Virus record (IMG/VR): IMGVR_UViG_3300010388_000318
Location: 14,190 to 78,189 of that record
Reading direction: 5' to 3' (one strand)
Length of the DNA stretch: 64,000 nucleotides
Source of the DNA: a virus
Lineage: Duplodnaviria > Heunggongvirae > Uroviricota > Caudoviricetes
This document shows positions 31,281 through 40,584 of this stretch, one piece after another. A program made the translations under genes and the position numbers. Position 1 is the first letter of the stretch, and the number at the start of each line of letters is the position of its first letter. The notes under the pieces were generated by a model. The model saw only the letters and a program-made list of their open reading frames with translations, was not told where the DNA came from and searched no databases.

Positions 31281-33253
31281 TAAAAGCATTAGAAACATAT
31301 AACAAAGAAGATTTAATGAAAATTGCTGAACGAACATCTATTGTTCGTAAGGACGTTGCTTCAGATGATTTCACTATAACAAAAAAATCAACAGCGGTGA
31401 TTTCTAACCATCTCGTTGCCCTTCAAAATTCTTTCAATATAATTCTTGCCAATAGCATCAATATCAAAGCGTTACAAGAAGCTGAAGCTAAAAAGGCTGC
31501 AACTTCATCGCTAAGTGAGGGGATTGTAGCTCCACCTAGTGCAAATATTGTAGGGGCAGAAGAGTTAAGTGGTACTATGAAAGTGCTAGGAAAATACTTC
31601 GATCAGCTAACAAAACTTTTTGATAAGTTGGATATCACACCACCAGAAGATAATGAAGAAGGTGGTGGTGTTAAGCGTAAAGGCAGAAAAACGAGAGGTA
31701 TAAGAAGATCACGAAGTCGTGGTCGTGGCAAACTCGGTAAAGCACTTGGCATATTTGACACAGCCTTAGATGTAGCTGATGATGTGATCGATGAAGGTAA
31801 TACAGAACCTGCTGCTGGTAGAGGACGCAGTGCTTCTAGAGGTATTGTTAAGGGTGCTGCTATTAGTCTTGCTCTTACTGGCGCTGGATATCTAGCAACA
31901 AAAGCATTTTCCACATCATCAAAGCCTTCTGCTAAAGAAACTGAGACTGACAAAAGATTAAAACAAAGTGTCGCCAAGACTGCTTCTGTTCCTGCTACAC
32001 GTGTTCCTAGTGAAATCAGCAATGATAGTTATTCTAGTAGATTTGCTGACTATCTTGCCGATACCTTTGAGAATGTCAAGAGTTATATCTCTGGCGCTTT
32101 TGGCACTGCTCTCAATCGTGATGATACTAGCAATGACGCTTATTATGGTGATGGTGGTGCTGGTGAAGGTATGACTGGAAACGCACAAATTGCTATGAAT
32201 TATTTAACATCACCAGAGGGTGGTGGATGGACAATGGAGCAAGCGGCTGGTATCATTGCAAACTTACAAGCTGAGTCTGGCTTAAACCCAAATGCTTTTA
32301 ATTCTGCTGGTGGTGGTCAAGGTGCAGTTGGAATTGCTCAATGGAGAGGTGTGAGACAGACTAGATTCCAAGAAGTTTATAATAAACCGATCAGAGGGTC
32401 TTCATTACAAGAACAGCTTGCATATATCAATTGGGAATTCAATAACACTGAAACAAGAGCAGGTACAGCATTGCGTCAAGCCACAACGGTGGAACAAGCA
32501 ACAGACGCATTCTATCGTTTGTATGAACGTGCTGGTAGTCATGATAGATCATTTGGAAGAAGAGTTTCTAATGCAAGAGCTATCATAGAAGTTGCTAACA
32601 ATCCCGGCAACCCTGATGGAGTTGGTCTTGTTAGTCCCTTGCCGGGAGCAAGGGCTACCAGTGAATTCGGTAGACGTGATAGACCTACAGCGGGGGCATC
32701 AACAAACCATAAAGGTCTTGACTTTGGTGCGGAAGCAGGAACAACAATACTAGCTTCTGGTAGCGGTACAGTTTCGTTTGCTGGTACAAGAGGCGGATAT
32801 GGCAACACAGTTGAAATTGATCATGGTGGTGGAGTAGTAACTAGGTACGCTCATATGTCTGGTTTCGCAGTTAGAACTGGTGCTCAGGTCAATCAAGGAC
32901 AAGCAATTGGTCGTGTTGGTAGTACTGGTGTCTCAACAGGCCCACATCTTCACTTTGAAGTTCTTCGAAATGGAAGACAAGAAAACCCTAGATCATATCT
33001 TAATGTTGTTCGTGCGCCAACATCAGCGGAAGCAATTTCAAGACCTATGGCAAGAAATCCAGAAGAAGCTAGAAGATACTTCGAATCATTAAGAAGAAAT
33101 CCAAGAAGAGGCAATGGTAGCTTAATTATGATGAATAATCAACCAGCACCTTACTCACCTTCATCATTTTTCCCTAACCCTACACCAAGAGGCGGTCCTA
33201 GATCAAGCAATCCTAATTCATCAGGCTTGTATAACGCATACCACGGACTATAA
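31277..33253 (+). CDS. virion-associated peptidoglycan hydrolase: phage tail lysozyme domain plus C-terminal M23 peptidase
   Basis: IANLQAESGLNPNAFNSAGGGQGAVGIAQWRGVR...AFYRLYERAG is tail-lysozyme-like. HKGLDFGAEAGTTILA...GNTVEIDHGGGVVTRYAHMS...GSTGVSTGPHLHFEV gives the M23 HxxxD/HxH signature. Confidence 0.7.
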   Translation: MIKALETYNKEDLMKIAERTSIVRKDVASDDFTITKKSTAVISNHLVALQNSFNIILANSINIKALQEAEAKKAATSSLSEGIVAPPSANIVGAEELSGTMKVLGKYFDQLTKLFDKLDITPPEDNEEGGGVKRKGRKTRGIRRSRSRGRGKLGKALGIFDTALDVADDVIDEGNTEPAAGRGRSASRGIVKGAAISLALTGAGYLATKAFSTSSKPSAKETETDKRLKQSVAKTASVPATRVPSEISNDSYSSRFADYLADTFENVKSYISGAFGTALNRDDTSNDAYYGDGGAGEGMTGNAQIAMNYLTSPEGGGWTMEQAAGIIANLQAESGLNPNAFNSAGGGQGAVGIAQWRGVRQTRFQEVYNKPIRGSSLQEQLAYINWEFNNTETRAGTALRQATTVEQATDAFYRLYERAGSHDRSFGRRVSNARAIIEVANNPGNPDGVGLVSPLPGARATSEFGRRDRPTAGASTNHKGLDFGAEAGTTILASGSGTVSFAGTRGGYGNTVEIDHGGGVVTRYAHMSGFAVRTGAQVNQGQAIGRVGSTGVSTGPHLHFEVLRNGRQENPRSYLNVVRAPTSAEAISRPMARNPEEARRYFESLRRNPRRGNGSLIMMNNQPAPYSPSSFFPNPTPRGGPRSSNPNSSGLYNAYHGL

Positions 33254-33257
33254 AAAA

Positions 33258-33279
33258 GAGGGGGGATTTCTCCCCCCTC
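33258..33279. terminator. strong hairpin terminator between convergent genes (GAGGGGGGA-TTTC-TCCCCCCTC)
   Basis: 9-bp G/C stem; an A-run upstream on the plus strand (taaaaaag at 33251-33258) gives a U-run after the hairpin for the minus-strand (gene 32) transcript. Confidence 0.7.
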
Positions 33280-33285
33280 AGTCAA

Positions 33286-34212
33286 TTAATCGTCATCATT
33301 CATGCTATTGAAGAATGCTAGATCATCATCGTCATCATCGGCGGCAGCGGCAAAGTTTGGCGCTGGCTTAGACTTGAATGAAGGTTCTGGCTTCTTCTCA
33401 AAAGGAACATCATCTTCATCATAAGATGGCTTAGAAGCCTTCTTTGCTGATGTAGCACCATTCAGACCAAGAACAAGGTTCAGACGAGTCTGAAGCTCTT
33501 CGTAGCTCTTGAATTTATCTGGTGTGACCAATTCCTTAAGAGAGTATTCGCTCTTGTAGATTTCTTCAAGCTTATTATCATCATCAAGCAATGGTGATGG
33601 CTTCTCAAACTCAGAAAGATCATAGTTGGTGTTGCCATCAACCTGACGAATACGCAGCTTGAAGTTGGCACCTGCCCATAGATCGAACGGGTTGAAAGGT
33701 TGCATGTCTGGGAATGGAGGGAACATGGCATTCTTCAGCTTGTCAAAGATTCTTGAACCATAGCGGAAGAGGAAGACCTTGCCTTCATTCTCAGGGTTAG
33801 CAGGATCACTTACAACGTAGATGTTTGAGTGATAGTTAAGCTGGCGCTTCTGAACACGTGCTTGAGTACGTTCTGGTCCCTTGTCATTCTCTGAAGAATT
33901 CCAAAGGATAGTGTTGTAATCTGAGCAAGGATCAGGAAGACCGATTGTTGATAGGCAGTTTTCAATGTACCACTGACCTTGTGGACCCTTGAAACCATGA
34001 GTCCAGATACGTGCCCAAGGATCAGCCTCGTCACCATCAGCTTCAGGGCTTGGTAGGAAGCGAATGACAGCAAAGCCATTCTTAGCCTTATCGGTGGCGC
34101 ACTGCCAGTAGCGATCATCCTTATAGCTGTTCTTTGAGTTAAGCTTGTTAACCTGATCAGCTAGCTTGTTTAGTGAGTCTTGTGATGAACGCTTTAGATT
34201 TGCAAATGACAT
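33286..34212 (-). CDS. 32: ssDNA-binding protein, T4 gp32 homolog
   Basis: FAVIRFLPS, WTHGFKGPQGQWYIENC, ANPENEGKVFLFRYGSRIFDKL, WAGANFKLRIRQV and an acidic C-tail (AAADDDDDDLAFFNSMNDDD) align with T4 gp32. Confidence 0.8.
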   Translation of the reverse strand: MSFANLKRSSQDSLNKLADQVNKLNSKNSYKDDRYWQCATDKAKNGFAVIRFLPSPEADGDEADPWARIWTHGFKGPQGQWYIENCLSTIGLPDPCSDYNTILWNSSENDKGPERTQARVQKRQLNYHSNIYVVSDPANPENEGKVFLFRYGSRIFDKLKNAMFPPFPDMQPFNPFDLWAGANFKLRIRQVDGNTNYDLSEFEKPSPLLDDDNKLEEIYKSEYSLKELVTPDKFKSYEELQTRLNLVLGLNGATSAKKASKPSYDEDDVPFEKKPEPSFKSKPAPNFAAAADDDDDDLAFFNSMNDDD

Positions 34213-34260
34213 ATTTTTTCTCCGTATGTTTGCATGTTTGTTTAACGTATTTTGCTTATT

Positions 34261-34959
34261 TTAAGTTCGATAGACAAATAGTCCATCGCTCTTATTTATA
34301 CTTTCTGTATTTGCAGAAACATAGATTGAGTCCATGCCTGAAATGTTTGAAAGTGTGTATCCAAGTTCTGCCATGAACTTCTGGTTCTCTGATGTAGAGA
34401 ACCTTTCTGCGATGATGACAGGCTTGAATTTCTGAATGGTTGCCTTGGCACCCATAATAGCGTATTGCTCAAAACCTTCTACATCAAGTTGAATCAGATT
34501 GCAAGCATCTAATCCAAGACTATCGATAGTGAGCATAGGAATTTTGAATTCGTCGGTAGCAGGACCAATCTGGTTCATACCAACATTCATGTCATTACCA
34601 CCCGGTGCAGCACGACGAATACCAACAAGACCATGACCATGACCTAGTGCTGCATTCAGCTTTACTACATTATCGGATTGACAATTATTGACCATGCAAT
34701 AGAATGCAAGTGGTTCTGGTTCGAAAGCATAGACATGCTTGAACTTGCGTGAATAGAAACGTGCGTACATACCACAATTGGTACCCGCTGTGACAACTGT
34801 ATCGAATTTGTCTAGATGTTCAAAGTACTTTGTGCTATGATTCTCAAGCCAATCGTTCTTTGGTCCTTCAAAGGCTCCTGTGTCGCCCTTGATCCAATAC
34901 CAATTGGTTTCGCCATCGATAGCAACATCACGTACTTCGACATTATCACTGTACATCAA
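34261..34959 (-). CDS. FkbM-family SAM-dependent methyltransferase
   Basis: NLIQLDVEGFEQ matches the FkbM signature (IKIDVEGAE). Inserted between gene 32 and gene 59. Confidence 0.65.
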   Translation of the reverse strand: MMYSDNVEVRDVAIDGETNWYWIKGDTGAFEGPKNDWLENHSTKYFEHLDKFDTVVTAGTNCGMYARFYSRKFKHVYAFEPEPLAFYCMVNNCQSDNVVKLNAALGHGHGLVGIRRAAPGGNDMNVGMNQIGPATDEFKIPMLTIDSLGLDACNLIQLDVEGFEQYAIMGAKATIQKFKPVIIAERFSTSENQKFMAELGYTLSNISGMDSIYVSANTESINKSDGLFVYRT

Positions 34960-35521
34960 GGATATCCTTCACAATTCTTTTCATCTTAGGTTTATCGTAT
35001 TTGATAAACTCACTATAGCTTAAACATTTATCTCTGGTCGGTGGCCAGATAATATCGTCGGTTATCTTTTTATCCCAAAACGGGAAAAAGTTTAGCATGT
35101 CATTGAGAATTGTCAGTGTTTCTATACTGATGTTCCCTTGACGGAATTCCTTGAAAAGCTGTGGATGCTGTCCATTTTTAACAGCGAAATAGCTTTTGAA
35201 GTCTCCGGAAATTCCGGATAGTTCCTGTTGAAAGTTATATGTCAGTGACTGGTTTCGACGTTGCCACTTAATATACACTTTTTGCGAATCATCGTTCAAC
35301 AGATCACGTACCCACATATCACCTTCTAGAAAGTTTGCAATAAGAAAGTTCAATAGATCGGGTTGTTTTGACAGCTTTTCGAAAAAATATCTGTCTTTTC
35401 TCTTATTAAAAGAGTTTTCGTCCGCTCTTACTTTACCATTATATCTTACATAGCTATAATTGGATTGGGCGAAGTGCCACTTAATCCCCAAGTACATCTT
35501 GTAAGCTTCAAAACCATTCAT
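34946..35521 (-). CDS. 59: helicase loader, T4 gp59 homolog
   Basis: YKMYLGIKWHFAQSNYSYVRYNGKVRADENSFNKRKDRYFFEKLSKQ aligns with T4 gp59 YKLYLMIKQHMNGKYDVIKYNWCMRVSDAAYQKRRDKYFFQKLSEKY; also ISIETLTILNDMLNFFP versus IISFETFILLDSFLNI. Confidence 0.7.
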   Translation of the reverse strand: MNGFEAYKMYLGIKWHFAQSNYSYVRYNGKVRADENSFNKRKDRYFFEKLSKQPDLLNFLIANFLEGDMWVRDLLNDDSQKVYIKWQRRNQSLTYNFQQELSGISGDFKSYFAVKNGQHPQLFKEFRQGNISIETLTILNDMLNFFPFWDKKITDDIIWPPTRDKCLSYSEFIKYDKPKMKRIVKDILDVQ

Positions 35522-35537
35522 AATATAATCCTATTAG

Positions 35538-35780
35538 TTAGATAGGAAGCTTAGCAGACCTTGGTAGAAAATGAAGCTCTTCGCCCTCCATTTGTAGTGA
35601 CGATTTGATTCTATAGTTACCAGAAATCATTGCAGCAGCAGTTTCCATTTCAATCTCATTCTTTTCGCAGAAAAACACTACAGCGTCAAGGTAGGTCAGC
35701 TTGTGTTTCTTCACTAAATTTTCGATTTCCTTGTAAAACTTATTTGTGTCAATTGTTTTTGATAACTTCAAATCACTCAT
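35538..35780 (-). CDS. 33: late-transcription co-activator, T4 gp33-like
   Basis: LTYLDAVVFFCEKNEIEMETAAAMISGNYRIKSSLQMEGEELHFL resembles T4 gp33 MSYLEATTAFLEENSIPETQFAKFIPSGIIEKIQSEAIDENLL; adjacent to 59 as in T4. Confidence 0.5.
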   Translation of the reverse strand: MSDLKLSKTIDTNKFYKEIENLVKKHKLTYLDAVVFFCEKNEIEMETAAAMISGNYRIKSSLQMEGEELHFLPRSAKLPI

Positions 35781-35783
35781 TAA

Positions 35784-36356
35784 TCATCCTCTATAGAAAA
35801 TATGTGCACCAATTGTGGTAACACGTCTTAGGTTCCAACGTGGGTTGACATAATTGGCATGGTAGAATAATGCACCATGCGTTACGTCAGGGGTTTCCTG
35901 TAGATATACACGTTCAGCGGCTTCACGTGCACGTCTAAAAATTTCCATGTTACGAACATTCTTCTTGCCTTCACAGACCCAAGAAAACTGGCAAACATTA
36001 CGTGTGCGTTGATTAATAACAGCACATGGTGTTCGTGGGAATCTGCCATCTTCAACACGGTTCATTACCACGTTTGTGACAGCAATCATACCTCTATCTG
36101 ATTGGTTGCCAGCTTCAAAATAAGCATTCTGAGCCAGACATTGAATTTGACGTTCGTCATGGGGAGTAATTCTAATACTTGAAGCCACCTCTTGTGGAGT
36201 AGGCTCTGTATTGACTACTTGTGTTGTTGTAGCGGCTTTTGCTGATGGTGTTGAAGGAATTGAAACCATTACTGATCCAGCAACTGCCAATCCTGTGCAT
36301 AAGCCTAGTAACCACTTTTTTGTGGTACTTGTTGTTTTATTAAAAAAATTAGTCAT
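35784..36356 (-). CDS. secreted cell-wall hydrolase, SleB/Hydrolase_2 family
   Basis: Signal peptide (LLGLCTGLAVAGSVMVS); CLAQNAYFEAG...IAVTNVVMNRVEDGRFP...GALFYHAN motif pattern of SleB-type hydrolases. Confidence 0.55.
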   Translation of the reverse strand: MTNFFNKTTSTTKKWLLGLCTGLAVAGSVMVSIPSTPSAKAATTTQVVNTEPTPQEVASSIRITPHDERQIQCLAQNAYFEAGNQSDRGMIAVTNVVMNRVEDGRFPRTPCAVINQRTRNVCQFSWVCEGKKNVRNMEIFRRAREAAERVYLQETPDVTHGALFYHANYVNPRWNLRRVTTIGAHIFYRG

Positions 36357-36939
36357 TGTACTCTCTTAAGCTTAATGACTTTGGATTTTTTTGACAGCTA
36401 TCCAGCGTATCTCAACGCATACTATCAAAAATCTATGAGAAGATACAATAAGAAATAATAGATCGTTCTTCTACATCCATCCCTCCATTACTAGGAATGC
36501 AAAATCATTAGTGTTTTCGTCGGTGTTTATGCTACTTTTCGCATAAAGTAATTTTATGCGATTTTCGACATAAACGCTTTCTTAGCCACATAAGGACTTG
36601 AAGCTGTTGTAATGGTCAATGGAGGTAGTTATGCCTCCGGTAAAGAAATATTTATCTATACCAAAACTCCATATATCACTTTATAAGGAGTTTTGGTACA
36701 GTAGTCAACTCATGGAAGATCGTTTCATCGTCTTTGCAGAACGGTTCATCGTTAAATGCGGTCCTGAATTTCTTTGATACGATCTTCCATGTATTTTATG
36801 ACGGCTGTCATCGAATCAACTGAAACGCATTGACCCGTCTTGATTTTACTTTCTATGATAACCTTCTCATGTCTGAGTGTCGATAACAATCTCAACTCAA
36901 TTGAACATGGAGAGTTACGGTTTTTCATAGAAAGTATCC

Positions 36940-37419
36940 TTAGATTAGTTCGAAGCCGATTACATTTTCGACCTTGATGTTACGAACCTTGATTTCTTCA
37001 TCAACACCCTGTCCATTGCTCTTGCGAGTAGGAATGAATGACTTCAGATGATCATAGTCAATGACATTGTTAGCAGCATCGACATAGATAGGAATACCAA
37101 TGCGGTTTTCCTCAATGCACTTGATGTAAAGCTGACCGTTGTTTTCAAGCAGAGCATTACCAACCATCTGACCATAGCCAAGGCTCTTTGCTTCAAAGTT
37201 GGCACTGTTGCCTTCCTTGATACGCTGCTCATTCACACGATACTGATAGTCATCGTTCATCGTCACCTTAACGGTGTTGATCTTAAAAACTTCAGTGTGA
37301 GGATTGGGGATGCTCTTGGTAGCAACATCCTTCTTGTTCATCTTGACCGGAGTCTTAGTCTGAAGGATGGCCTTGGTGTTAGGCTTAACGATCTTAGCAA
37401 ATTCAACAATGTTCATCAT
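36940..37419 (-). CDS. hypothetical protein (159 aa)
   Basis: Intact ORF after a ~580-nt intergenic region. Confidence 0.4.
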   Translation of the reverse strand: MMNIVEFAKIVKPNTKAILQTKTPVKMNKKDVATKSIPNPHTEVFKINTVKVTMNDDYQYRVNEQRIKEGNSANFEAKSLGYGQMVGNALLENNGQLYIKCIEENRIGIPIYVDAANNVIDYDHLKSFIPTRKSNGQGVDEEIKVRNIKVENVIGFELI

Positions 37420-37523
37420 GATATATTCTCCATTCGTTTTGTTATGCCCTAATTATACAGGCGGAAGCGATTCGTGTCAACATAAAAAGTGGGGATCAGA
37501 TTTTTTTCTGACCCCCATAGACA

Positions 37524-37766
37524 TTACGTGTATTTTTCTGCATTCAAAAGATCAGAAATCTCATCCTTAATGTACGCTGCACGTTCTGCATCATACATCT
37601 GTTGGAACTTGAAAGCAACACCTTTATGTAGATTGATTGGTGTGAACTTTGGTCCCATCTCACTCAATCTATCAGCAAAATTGTCAACTCTTGCCCAAGA
37701 TTGAAGTTCTTTTTTTATGATTTTTGAAAATCGTTTTTGAACAATCTTTTCACGTTCACTATCCAT
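37524..37766 (-). CDS. hypothetical protein (80 aa)
   Basis: Intact small ORF, co-oriented. Confidence 0.35.
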   Translation of the reverse strand: MDSEREKIVQKRFSKIIKKELQSWARVDNFADRLSEMGPKFTPINLHKGVAFKFQQMYDAERAAYIKDEISDLLNAEKYT

Positions 37767-37772
37767 GACAAA

Positions 37773-38072
37773 TTACTCCTTACCGTCAACAAACCCTTTG
37801 AGTTTCTTGGCTTCTTCTAGAAGCTGCTCTGTGGTCGGGTATTGAGGCACTTCAGTTAGGAACTGAGCATTTTCGTTAATTCTTGCTTTTTCAGAAGCAT
37901 TGTTCCAATCAAAATGAAACTTTTCTGATGCTCTCTGTTGAGCAAGCTTGATCATCTCCATGCGTAGGAGATATGCGGTATCTTGTGACATAGTATTTTC
38001 CTTTGTGTATGTGTGTATGTCCGTTGTCTGAGGACTAGGGACATTGTATTTATACACAAAGGAAACCGTCAC
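37773..38072 (-). CDS. hypothetical protein (99 aa)
   Basis: Intact small ORF; overlaps the next gene by 4 nt. Confidence 0.35.
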   Translation of the reverse strand: MTVSFVYKYNVPSPQTTDIHTYTKENTMSQDTAYLLRMEMIKLAQQRASEKFHFDWNNASEKARINENAQFLTEVPQYPTTEQLLEEAKKLKGFVDGKE

Positions 38073-38581
38073 TTACACTTCTGTAGTGCTTTTTCTTTTG
38101 CCTCTACAAGCGTATTGAAGGATTTAGACGTACCACCAGCATCAGGGTGATATACCAAAGACATTTTACGGAATGCCTTCTCTACAGCAGTCCTGTCATT
38201 CGTAGGCATCATACCAAGCACGTGCCAGATAGATGATGCAGTCTTCTCTACGATCTTTTCACGCACTGTTGTAGGAAGGTTCAGACGATGGATAGAAAGA
38301 TAGTTGTCCTTTCTCCTACCGTCCTTTGTTCTCATAGTGAGAGTGATCATCTCACCATTATCGCTCTGTGTGAACGAAAGATCAGGCCATACAAACTCTG
38401 GTTCTTTGTGATTGAACATTAAGAACGCAAAAGTCATAATCATGGCCATAATGAAAAACATGAAGCCAGATTGTGGAAACATGAAGTGGGTAAAAGCAAG
38501 AAGGGGAGCAAACCCCATACCAATAAGATATGATTTCATTTCACAAATCCTCATAATAAAGTGGTGGGATTCTGTTTCCAC
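38069..38581 (-). CDS. membrane-anchored J-domain (DnaJ-like) protein
   Basis: C-terminal KAFRKMSLVYHPDAGGTSKSFNTLVEAKEKALQK has the HPD J-domain motif; N-terminal hydrophobic helices. The true start is probably an internal Met (MKSYLIG...). Confidence 0.55.
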   Translation of the reverse strand: METESHHFIMRICEMKSYLIGMGFAPLLAFTHFMFPQSGFMFFIMAMIMTFAFLMFNHKEPEFVWPDLSFTQSDNGEMITLTMRTKDGRRKDNYLSIHRLNLPTTVREKIVEKTASSIWHVLGMMPTNDRTAVEKAFRKMSLVYHPDAGGTSKSFNTLVEAKEKALQKCK

Positions 38582-38916
38582 GCTCCCACCGGGCGCATTT
38601 GAATTAAGCCGCTAGGGCGAATTCAACAGAGCTATTGTCGTTAGCTGCATTTACGTTTTGTGGCGCTTTGCCAGTCAATCAGTCTCGAACCGCCTTATTC
38701 CGTTCCAGTCGATCCTAGTTCACCCCCATCATAGACACTGGTCATCAGTTTCTGTTTCCCATTCTAGAAACTGCCTCTAACGCATCATGGGAATGTGCGC
38801 CAGTGTCTATGGTGGAGGTGACGGGTACTGCCCCCGTGTCCTCAGAACCTTTATTGTTGATCGTCAACAACTGATAACTCTATTTAGTATGATTCGTTTC
38901 TCAAGTCAACTCTTTT

Positions 38917-39270
38917 TTATCGCACCTCTACTTTTTCATAGTAGTATGAGTTATCATCATCACGGCTGAAATCCTCTGCACGATCTGGATGAACCGTTAG
39001 GATTGCTTTGATCTTTTCATTATATTCTTGAGTTTTCTGAGCATGTGCAATACGAGCAGCTTCAAATTCATCATTTGACATTCCCGACTTAAGCACTTTG
39101 TATAAGCCTTGAACACGAGGAACTTTCAAAGCCTCTGCATATTCAAGTTCAGCCAGAGTAACTGCATCCTTGGCAGTTTGTTCGCTTTCGGTAACAAACA
39201 TAATGGTATCAGATGAAAAGGTGCAACCATCACTTACGGTATAATACACTGCGTACATAAAAATCTCCAT
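38917..39270 (-). CDS. hypothetical protein (117 aa)
   Basis: Intact ORF. Confidence 0.35.
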   Translation of the reverse strand: MEIFMYAVYYTVSDGCTFSSDTIMFVTESEQTAKDAVTLAELEYAEALKVPRVQGLYKVLKSGMSNDEFEAARIAHAQKTQEYNEKIKAILTVHPDRAEDFSRDDDNSYYYEKVEVR

Positions 39271-39308
39271 TCCTTATAGATCGCCTATAAGGAATGGAGA
39301 AATGTATG

Positions 39309-39680
39309 TCAACCCTTTTTATCGATCTTCAGTAGATTGAATGCTAGTAGTGGGCCTCTAGCATTCTCTGCAATCGGATAGACTGCGATGGAAGTCATCT
39401 CACCATTGTTCAAATCAGGTTCGAAAAATGCTTCATAATGATATCCAAACTTCGACAGAATAATAGACGCAGCATTTAGTGCTTCAAGATTGCGAACACC
39501 AATCACTGTGAAATAGGTTTCTTCTGCCTTAACGTCATCCATCACCTGTTGATTCTGTGGTGGTTTCTCTGTCCAGCGTTGAGAGTTTACCCCAAGCTGG
39601 AAAGCGGCATGTGCTGTCTGTACTACTTGGTATTCAGGAGAAATGTCCTGACGTGTGAAGAAATATGCATAATGTCTCAT
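39309..39680 (-). CDS. hypothetical protein (123 aa)
   Basis: Intact ORF. Confidence 0.35.
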   Translation of the reverse strand: MRHYAYFFTRQDISPEYQVVQTAHAAFQLGVNSQRWTEKPPQNQQVMDDVKAEETYFTVIGVRNLEALNAASIILSKFGYHYEAFFEPDLNNGEMTSIAVYPIAENARGPLLAFNLLKIDKKG

Positions 39681-39681
39681 A

Positions 39682-40065
39682 TCAAAGTCCCTTTACAAAA
39701 TTTGGGGTAATCATAGCAGCAAGTTCACGAAACTTCAACAGTTCTTCTTCTGTCATAAGTTCATTAACATCAACCCCAAGAACCATACCATTGGTTTGTT
39801 TCCACTCACCTTCAATCCAAATTCTACCGCCACGAAGTCTATGGTTAAAACCATACATCGCATTGATAATCGACTGATAAGGATACTGGCGATGAGCACA
39901 GACCTTACCAGCGGTGAATGATTTCTTGAGGAAATGAGTTAGAATTGCCGTCTTTTCTTCAGACTTTGCGTTGACAGTACGATAGATGCACAGAGCAATC
40001 ATGTCTGCACATGTTAGATTCTTTGAGTGAGCCTTAGCCTTGAATGTTTCAGTAAAATTTGTCAT
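39682..40065 (-). CDS. hypothetical protein (127 aa)
   Basis: Intact ORF abutting the previous gene. Confidence 0.35.
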   Translation of the reverse strand: MTNFTETFKAKAHSKNLTCADMIALCIYRTVNAKSEEKTAILTHFLKKSFTAGKVCAHRQYPYQSIINAMYGFNHRLRGGRIWIEGEWKQTNGMVLGVDVNELMTEEELLKFRELAAMITPNFVKGL

Positions 40066-40309
40066 TTTGGTCTTCCTTTAAAATATAGTTTGGTTTGTTT
40101 GGTTTCAACTATATTTTCAGGTGGACCTATTGCGTCATACGGCTAGAAAGCTGAGCCGCCATCCTTATTTGTCATTTTATCATTCCTTTTATCTAAAGCT
40201 CGTTTGAGCCTTTCACGGTGCCTTTCGGCTTCTTCGTTAGTAAGGAAATACTTACCTTCGAAAACTCTATCACTTGTGTATTTATTCATGATCTATTTAT
40301 ACAAAAAAA

Positions 40310-40387
40310 TGGTGCTCTGTGTGGGATTCGAACCCACGACGACAGAATTTTAGAGATTCCCGCTCTGACCAACTGAGCTAACAAAGC
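40310..40387 (-). tRNA. tRNA with anticodon CUA (amber-suppressor type); CCA encoded
   Basis: Minus-strand cloverleaf: GCTTTGT-TA-GCTC-AGTTGGTCA-GAGC-G-GGAAT-[CTCTAAA]-ATTCT-GTCGTC-GTGGG-TTCGAAT-CCCAC-ACAGAGC-A-CCA. U33 and A37 present; anticodon C34-U35-A36. Confidence 0.6.
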
Positions 40388-40395
40388 ACTATATT

Positions 40396-40581
40396 TTAGA
40401 CTCTAGTAACTGAGATACCAAAGCCTGAGTTAGGTACATACATCAAACCATGATGACCTTCAACAAGTTTTTCTATAGGACAACCCATTTCTACAAGATC
40501 ATCGATTGCTTCTTGACGAGTGAGACGAAGTTCTCCAAATTGGTTTCCTTCGTCCCACCATTGTGCTTGATAGAAGTACAT
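40396..40581 (-). CDS. hypothetical small protein (61 aa)
   Basis: Small ORF upstream of the tRNA. Confidence 0.3.
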   Translation of the reverse strand: MYFYQAQWWDEGNQFGELRLTRQEAIDDLVEMGCPIEKLVEGHHGLMYVPNSGFGISVTRV

Positions 40582-40584
40582 TAC

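Noticed and set aside
37048-37452. 134-aa plus-strand ORF
   Set aside because: Fully antisense to ORF 36940-37419, which is co-oriented with the whole region; no ribosome-binding site.
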